A DNA stretch of 64,000 bases. Origin: Nitrospinales bacterium. GTDB lineage: Bacteria; Nitrospinota; Nitrospinia; Nitrospinales; VA-1. The notes beneath the pieces were generated by a model. It made no database searches. It saw nothing but the letters and a program-made list of their open reading frames with translations, and was not told the origin of the DNA. Made by a program: the position numbers and the translations under genes. Shown here piece by piece: positions 58,757 through 64,000 of this stretch. The DNA is taken from NCBI GenBank assembly GCA_965223795.1, contig CBDCXL010000002.1:2240001-2304000 (forward strand). The letters are read 5' to 3'. Position 1 is the first letter of the stretch. Each line of letters begins with the position of its first letter.

Positions 58757-58842
58757 GGATTGATCCCTCGGGATGGACGCGGCGAAGGGTTGACTTTTAT
58801 CATCGAATTCGGTCAAATTTTCATAGGACCTTCGATTCGAAC

Positions 58843-58870
58843 AGTATACCGGCGGGGCGGGCGCTGTCAA
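58843..58870 (-). promoter_or_regulatory. Sigma70 promoter of the B12 radical SAM gene
   Basis: TTGACA-N16-TATACT on the minus strand. Confidence 0.65.
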
Positions 58871-58971
58871 TGCGGGCTTGAGTTTGCACGGGGTTTTTCA
58901 AGCGCGCCGTGCGGGCAGAAAAAACCGGTTCCGCCAGCCGAATTCCCCTGTGAAACCGACGGGGGATTGGC

Positions 58972-59000
58972 TTGACACCCCTATGTTTAGGGACTATACT
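58972..59000 (+). promoter_or_regulatory. Sigma70 promoter, divergent partner
   Basis: TTGACA-N17-TATACT. Confidence 0.75.
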
Positions 59001-59076
59001 GACGCACATTCCCAAATAGCTGCAAAATAATGAATTAACAGCATCACATGGCCCGCGACAAACAGGAGGTTTTGCT

Positions 59077-59685
59077 TTGAGCGACCCGAACACAGAAACG
59101 AAAAAAGAAGACGAAAACAAAGAAGCCCCGGATAAGGACGTCGAGGTCGACAGCCTTGCGGATTTGAGCGAGCTTGAAAAGATCAAACTGGAGCTGCAGA
59201 AAGAGAAGGAAAAGGCCGCCCAGGAGCTCGAAGAGGGTGAAGAGGAGGAAGAAGATCTTCGTGAGGTCGACTACCTGCAGAAGCTCATCACCCTGTCTGT
59301 GCAGTTCGATCATCATATCGGCATGTGGCTGATGCCGGCATACATCGACCACGGTCTGAAATACGATCACCGGCTGGCCGAGAGCTACATGTCGCAGCTC
59401 GCGACGATCCAGTCTTTCCTCAGACTGCTGGAGAAGGTGGACGGCGTGACCCGCGAGCTGGTCACCAAGGACTGCATCATCAAGTTGAGAAATTCGCTGC
59501 AAATGGTGCACAAGAATCTGGTGAAGCCGCTGTTCAAGGAAGTCAAGCTGATGAAGAAAAAACCGAAATCGGAAAGCCTGGACAACTTCAAGGAAAACTG
59601 GAACAAACGCCTGGAAGAACTCCAGAAAGCCTGCGATTTCGAGTACCAGATCCTGGATTGCAAGGGGTTTTTGATCAAAGACTGA
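59077..59685 (+). CDS. Hypothetical helical protein with acidic N-terminus
   Basis: AGGAGG RBS with TTG start. Host-like codon usage. Confidence 0.8.
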   Translation: MSDPNTETKKEDENKEAPDKDVEVDSLADLSELEKIKLELQKEKEKAAQELEEGEEEEEDLREVDYLQKLITLSVQFDHHIGMWLMPAYIDHGLKYDHRLAESYMSQLATIQSFLRLLEKVDGVTRELVTKDCIIKLRNSLQMVHKNLVKPLFKEVKLMKKKPKSESLDNFKENWNKRLEELQKACDFEYQILDCKGFLIKD

Positions 59686-59994
59686 TCCTGCATGCCGGCG
59701 CCGCCCCTGCTGCTTAAAATCTGCGGGGCGGGTCCCCATGAGGGTGTGGGCGGACGGGACTGCCCAAAAGAGATCGAAGCCGATGCGCCGAATCCGTTCG
59801 GCACCCGGCGGGAAACCATTTCGAATAGCAGAAGTCCTCACATGAAACCAACCTGCCCCGGATCGGCGGGCCTGCAGACATCCTGCGCCGATTCTGACCG
59901 CGCTGCATCGCTGCCGCCGCGATGCGGAATCCCCGTTTTTTCCATGTCCATAACCCTGAAGAATCTTGAGATTCCGTAACGTGGGAGAGGTGTG

Positions 59995-61008
59995 ATGTCC
60001 GAAGAGACCGCCAACGAGCAGGACGAACCGATCGAAGAAGAAGCCGGGACTGAATCCGTCGCCCTGGAGCCGCGGGCGGAAGAAGCCCTGGAGGAGGTCG
60101 AGAAGGTCGACCACACCCAGCTGTACGTCTGGGTGGCCGACGCCGGCAACGACCGCATCCAGAAGTTCAACGGCAACGGCGAACTGCTGTTTTCCTTCGG
60201 CCGCTCCGGCGGGACGCGGCCGCCCTACAATCCGGGTGAATTCAAGACGCCCAGCGCCGTTGCGGTGGACGTCAACAACAACATCTGGGTGGCCGATACG
60301 GGCTGTCACCGGATCCAGAAATTCGATGCGGACGGCGATTTCATGCTGGAATTCGGCAGCGAAGGCTGGGGGCAGGAGAAGTTCTACTGGCCGCAGGGGA
60401 TCGTCGCCGAACCCACCGGCACGATTCTGGTTGTGGATACCTCCAATCATTGCATCAAGCGTTACGACGACGACGGCGATTTTCTTTTGAGTTTCGGCTA
60501 TGCCGGGGATTTCGACGGCTTCATGAAATTTCCCGTGGGCATCGCGCTGGATAAGGAAGGCAATATTTACGTCGCCGACCGGGACAATCAGAGAATTCAG
60601 ATCTTCAACGAGGACGGGCAGTTCCTGTCCAAGTTCGGCGAATACGGCTTCGAGCAGGGGCGGCTCAATTTTCCGAGCGGCATCGCGGTGCGCCGTGACG
60701 GCACGATCCTGGTGGCGGAGAAGAGCCAGAACCGCCTGCAGCTGTTCTCACGCGAAGGCGAGTCCCTGGGCGTGGTGGGCGAACCGGGCAAGCGCGACGG
60801 CCAGTTCAACTGCCCCACCGCCATTGCGGAAGATCCGTATGGCTACCTGTTCGTCGTGGATACCATCAACCAGCGTATTCAGAAATACGATCCGGACCTG
60901 AATTTCGTTTCCAAGTGGGGCATCATCGGCAAGGAACCGGGGCAGTTTAAGGATCCTTCGGGGATTTACCTTTCCTGGGAACCGGACTGGGCGCCGCAGG
61001 ACGATTGA
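59995..61008 (+). CDS. Cytoplasmic NHL-repeat (6-bladed propeller) protein with acidic N-terminus
   Basis: Six repeats of F..P..A.D....VAD..N.RIQ.F. Confidence 0.9.
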   Translation: MSEETANEQDEPIEEEAGTESVALEPRAEEALEEVEKVDHTQLYVWVADAGNDRIQKFNGNGELLFSFGRSGGTRPPYNPGEFKTPSAVAVDVNNNIWVADTGCHRIQKFDADGDFMLEFGSEGWGQEKFYWPQGIVAEPTGTILVVDTSNHCIKRYDDDGDFLLSFGYAGDFDGFMKFPVGIALDKEGNIYVADRDNQRIQIFNEDGQFLSKFGEYGFEQGRLNFPSGIAVRRDGTILVAEKSQNRLQLFSREGESLGVVGEPGKRDGQFNCPTAIAEDPYGYLFVVDTINQRIQKYDPDLNFVSKWGIIGKEPGQFKDPSGIYLSWEPDWAPQDD

Positions 61009-61049
61009 TTTTTATTTCGCAGCTTTTGGGAATTTTTAGAGAATGATTT

Positions 61050-61697
61050 ATGTTTCATGATCGATGGGTTAGAGGTGTTCTTTTAGCCGGGATTCTAGGC
61101 AGCCTCCTGGTGGTTCCGCCTTCGGCTTCGGGGCAGGGCGGGGGTGGTTCGGACCCGATCTTCGACGGCCAGATCCTCTCGCTCACCGAAAAGAAACCGC
61201 CGCTCGAGCCCTCCAACGATCCCCGCTATAAGGACAACGCCGACGGAACGGTGACCGACCTGGAACACGGTTTGATGTGGAAGCAGCGGGATTCCTATCA
61301 GGAACTGAAAAAGTGGATGAACTGGAAGGCGGCCCAGGGCTACATTGCCGAGATGAACGCGGCCCGGTTCGCGGGATACGACGACTGGCGGCTGCCCACG
61401 CGCGACGAGTTGAAGACGCTTTTCGAGAAGGACAAGATCATTCCCTGGAAATACTACTGGACGACGAACGAAGTCCATATGGACCCCATTTTCGGTTACA
61501 CCAGCTGCTGTTTCTGGAGCAGCGAAACCTACAAGGACACCTACGCCTGGACGTTCAATTACATTCGCGGCAAATCCTACCCCAGTCCTGCGGACGGGCC
61601 GGGTCTGTCGCTTTCGGTCATCCGGGCGGTGCGGCCCGCGGTGAAACCGGGTGAGGCGTCGCCGGCGGCCTCCATCGAGCCCCTGCCGAACCCCTGA
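61050..61697 (+). CDS. Exported DUF1566 (Lcl C-terminal domain) protein
   Basis: Signal peptide, DNADGTVTD..GLMW, GYDDWRLPT..EL, FWSS, RAVR. Confidence 0.9.
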   Translation: MFHDRWVRGVLLAGILGSLLVVPPSASGQGGGGSDPIFDGQILSLTEKKPPLEPSNDPRYKDNADGTVTDLEHGLMWKQRDSYQELKKWMNWKAAQGYIAEMNAARFAGYDDWRLPTRDELKTLFEKDKIIPWKYYWTTNEVHMDPIFGYTSCCFWSSETYKDTYAWTFNYIRGKSYPSPADGPGLSLSVIRAVRPAVKPGEASPAASIEPLPNP

Positions 61698-61723
61698 TGC
61701 GGCCAGAACATGGGAACCCTGCC

Positions 61724-62539
61724 ATGACAGACGAAACCAAACAGCCCGATCCTTCCGAAGAAAGCGCCGAACAGGAAGCGCAGAACGCAGACGCGGAGCA
61801 GCCGGAATCGCAGGCGGTCGAAGAAGCGGAGCCTGTCGATGCGACGGCGAATTACGGGGAGGAAGAGGAGGTCGAATTCGACCTCGAAGCCCAGGTGATG
61901 GAATTCCGCAACCAGATCGAGGAAGATCCGGAAAACTGCATCCACCATTACAATCTGGGCGAGGCCCTGGTGGAGCTGGGCGAGCAGGAAGAGGCGAAGG
62001 AGGAATTCGATCTGGCGCTGCTCTACGACAAGGAAAAAGAATTCAGCTCGGTGGTGCATTTCTCGCTGGGCAACCTCTACTTTCAGAAGCTGATCTCCGG
62101 CATCCACGGCACGGTGGTGCGCAGCTCGGTGGGGCTGCATTCGGCGCACAAGGCGGGCGACACCATCACTCAGGTACGCGCGGAGGATTACGAAGTCCCC
62201 ATTCAGGAGTTCGAGGCGGCGATCGCGGACCTGGACCATCTGAAGGCGGACGATGAGATCGTGGAGTACGTGAGCAAGAACGCGCCGCAGCAGATCGCCG
62301 ACACGTACTACAAATGGGCTTCAGACCTCATCGACAAATCCCGGCAGATCGAGCATTACGGCGAGGAGGTCAAGGATGTGAAGCTGGCGCTCAAACATAT
62401 GAAAAAAACGCTTGAGATCGATCCCAACCATTCCCAGGCCAACCTGATGATCAAATACGCCAAGAAAATGCTGCTGGAGGGCTGGAAAGTGTACGACGAA
62501 TACGGGTTCGAAGCGAAAAGTATCGAGGGAACCGGATAA
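61724..62539 (+). CDS. TPR-containing protein with acidic N-terminus
   Basis: HYNLGEAL, HFSLGNLY, LEIDPNH. Start at 61724 or 61697. Confidence 0.8.
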   Translation: MTDETKQPDPSEESAEQEAQNADAEQPESQAVEEAEPVDATANYGEEEEVEFDLEAQVMEFRNQIEEDPENCIHHYNLGEALVELGEQEEAKEEFDLALLYDKEKEFSSVVHFSLGNLYFQKLISGIHGTVVRSSVGLHSAHKAGDTITQVRAEDYEVPIQEFEAAIADLDHLKADDEIVEYVSKNAPQQIADTYYKWASDLIDKSRQIEHYGEEVKDVKLALKHMKKTLEIDPNHSQANLMIKYAKKMLLEGWKVYDEYGFEAKSIEGTG

Positions 62540-62576
62540 TTTCGGTATAATCGTTTCTCAATCAAGGAACCGGGTT

Positions 62577-62972
62577 ATGGCGGATATCAAAGAGCTGGTG
62601 CGGGAAAATCTGAGCAGCGACGGGCAGGTTTTGAATCTGAAGGCCAAATTCATCCGCGAAGTGGGTGCTAGGGCGCTGTCTCAGGTGGAAGACCTGAAAG
62701 GGCTGCGGTCGCTGAACCTGTCGCAGAACGGCATCGGCAACGACGGCGTCAAGGCGATCACGGAGTCGCCCATCTTTTCCAATCTCCGGACGTTGAATCT
62801 TTCCTCCAACGAGATCGGCGACGAGGGTGCGTTTCACCTGGCCAATGCGAAATTTCTGAAAAACCTGCGCAGCATTCAGCTCGTGGTGAACGATATTTCG
62901 GAGGAGGGCGAAAAAGCGCTCAGAAACTCGATGGCTCTGGAGAGTCTGACCACGCTCAAGTTTCGCGTCTAG
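62577..62972 (+). CDS. Small leucine-rich repeat protein (RI-like/GALA-like LRR)
   Basis: LRSLNLSQNGIGNDG, LRTLNLSSNEIGDEG. Confidence 0.88.
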   Translation: MADIKELVRENLSSDGQVLNLKAKFIREVGARALSQVEDLKGLRSLNLSQNGIGNDGVKAITESPIFSNLRTLNLSSNEIGDEGAFHLANAKFLKNLRSIQLVVNDISEEGEKALRNSMALESLTTLKFRV

Positions 62973-63011
62973 GAATCCGCCGACCGCCGGCAGGCCGCCG
63001 ATGAGGATGTC

Positions 63012-63024
63012 TAACTGATTGATT
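63012..63024 (-). promoter_or_regulatory. IHF consensus site
   Basis: AATCAA-TCAG-TTA, an exact match to WATCAANNNNTTR. Confidence 0.55.
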
Positions 63025-63067
63025 TTTAATTGAGTTTCGGCGTGCAGATGGGGCGGGAATTTAAATC

Positions 63068-63096
63068 TTGACTTATCTGGAGCCGTTTGATATTTT
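63068..63096 (+). promoter_or_regulatory. Putative sigma70 promoter
   Basis: TTGACT-N17-TATTTT. Confidence 0.45.
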
Positions 63097-63273
63097 CTGA
63101 CAACCCTAGAAAAGCACGCTACGCTTGGGGGTCAATACGCCAGAAAAATCGGATGGTACGTAACTTCTTTTAGAATATAGAGTCTAGAAATACCGATGGG
63201 AGGTGGTATTCAAATTATCGGATCGCCACATCAATTTTTCCATTTTTCATTCCGCTTTTGAAAGGGGGAGCTA

Positions 63274-63777
63274 ATGAGAAGGACGGCAGTCAGCATCATC
63301 ACAATTTTTGCTTTTTTCGCTCTGGTCGCCGTGGCCAGCGCAAATGTCACCACCGTCAAGCCGGGTGGCAAGGCAGTCTGTGAAAACGCATCCTGGATCG
63401 TCTACAACATCAGCGAAACGGATGACACCAAAATCGAATTCGACATTGGGCCTTACGCGTATGCGTGGGAAAAAGTTTTCAAGGCAACCCTTCCTCCGGG
63501 TGGCTACGAGACCAATGCTTTGGCCAAAAAGTCCATCATTTCCAATAAAGGCCCCGGCGATATTTCCGTGAACTGCCAGCGGCAGCGCTTCGACCGGCAT
63601 GACTGGAAAATCGACGCTGGTTCCGGAACCACCTATCAGAGCAACTACCACCTTGACCACGTCAAGCCCGACACCTACATCGAGCCTGGCATGGGTCAGC
63701 CGAAAGGCACGGAACGCGGTCTGTTCAGTCAGCGCGGTTCCGGTTCCGGTGGCGGTGCTCCTGAAACCAACCGTTAA
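63274..63777 (+). CDS. Secreted hypothetical protein with Gly/Ser-rich tail
   Basis: Signal peptide (ASA), two Cys, AAGGGGGAG RBS, own terminator. Confidence 0.85.
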   Translation: MRRTAVSIITIFAFFALVAVASANVTTVKPGGKAVCENASWIVYNISETDDTKIEFDIGPYAYAWEKVFKATLPPGGYETNALAKKSIISNKGPGDISVNCQRQRFDRHDWKIDAGSGTTYQSNYHLDHVKPDTYIEPGMGQPKGTERGLFSQRGSGSGGGAPETNR

Positions 63778-63814
63778 TCGGATGGGCCTTTAGGGCATTT
63801 TCATCAGAGTTTCG

Positions 63815-63850
63815 AGCTGGAAGGCCGAAAGGCCTTCCAGCTTTTTTTTT
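63815..63850 (+). terminator. Rho-independent terminator
   Basis: AGCTGGAAGGCC-GAAA-GGCCTTCCAGCT with a T9 tract. Confidence 0.95.
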
Positions 63851-63914
63851 GATCTTTTCCGCTTTGAATTTAAAATAGACTGTTGCATCGATCGATTGTG
63901 TTCAAGAGGACGGT

Positions 63915-64000
63915 ATGGACGACACGCGTTTTGTGGACAACGGCGACGGCACGGTGACCGACACCCTGACCCATCTCATGTGGATGAAGGACGACGCCTA
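63915..64000 (+). CDS. DUF1566 protein, 3' truncated by window edge (no signal peptide)
   Basis: AGAGGA RBS. MDDTRFVDNGDGTVTDTLTHLMWMKDD. Confidence 0.8.
   Translation, partial: MDDTRFVDNGDGTVTDTLTHLMWMKDDA

Noticed and set aside
59048..59080. 10-codon uORF (MARDKQEVLL) whose stop overlaps the TTG start at 59077
   Set aside because: No RBS, and the downstream gene has its own strong AGGAGG. Likely chance.
59692..59979. 95-aa Cys-containing ORF as a possible RiPP precursor for the nearby radical SAM enzymes
   Set aside because: No RBS, atypical codon usage, no leader/core pattern. The region is better explained as a structured non-coding element.

Overview
GC-rich bacterial chromosomal window with about 60 CDSs and no rRNA, tRNA, CRISPR array or transposase. 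The gene content points to a nitrite oxidiser of the phylum Nitrospinota (inference, not database-checked): copper nitrite reductase NirK, a di-haem cytochrome c fused to an EbdC/NxrC-like haem b domain, Mo-bis-MGD genes, an alginate-export-type porin, and many TPR, NHL, LRR and DUF1566 proteins. Layout: (1) 0-26 kb, a cell-envelope glycosylation region (GT2, GT4 and several GT-C enzymes, WecB, DUF2304, flippase-like protein, methyltransferases) interrupted by prfB with its programmed +1 frameshift and by an AT-rich two-gene islet with a sigma54 promoter. (2) 26-50 kb: LOG protein, hpnA plus a CruF-like gene, PPIases, porin, mobB-mobA fusion, moeA, nirK with an adjacent Cys-rich PAS sigma54 activator, a TMTC-like GT-C/TPR protein, tandem cyclophilins, a KamA-family enzyme, cytochrome c, phnDC and an alternative NxrC candidate. 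(3) 50-64 kb, an uncharacterised cluster: two radical SAM enzymes with non-canonical Cys motifs, a MidA-type methyltransferase, and NHL/TPR/LRR/DUF1566 proteins, several with acidic tails. Other notable items: two copies of a 128-bp nested palindromic element with a compensatory change, three apparent frameshifts (probably assembly errors, one possibly phase-variable), and several long structured leaders or intergenic regions. Product calls come from motif recognition only.
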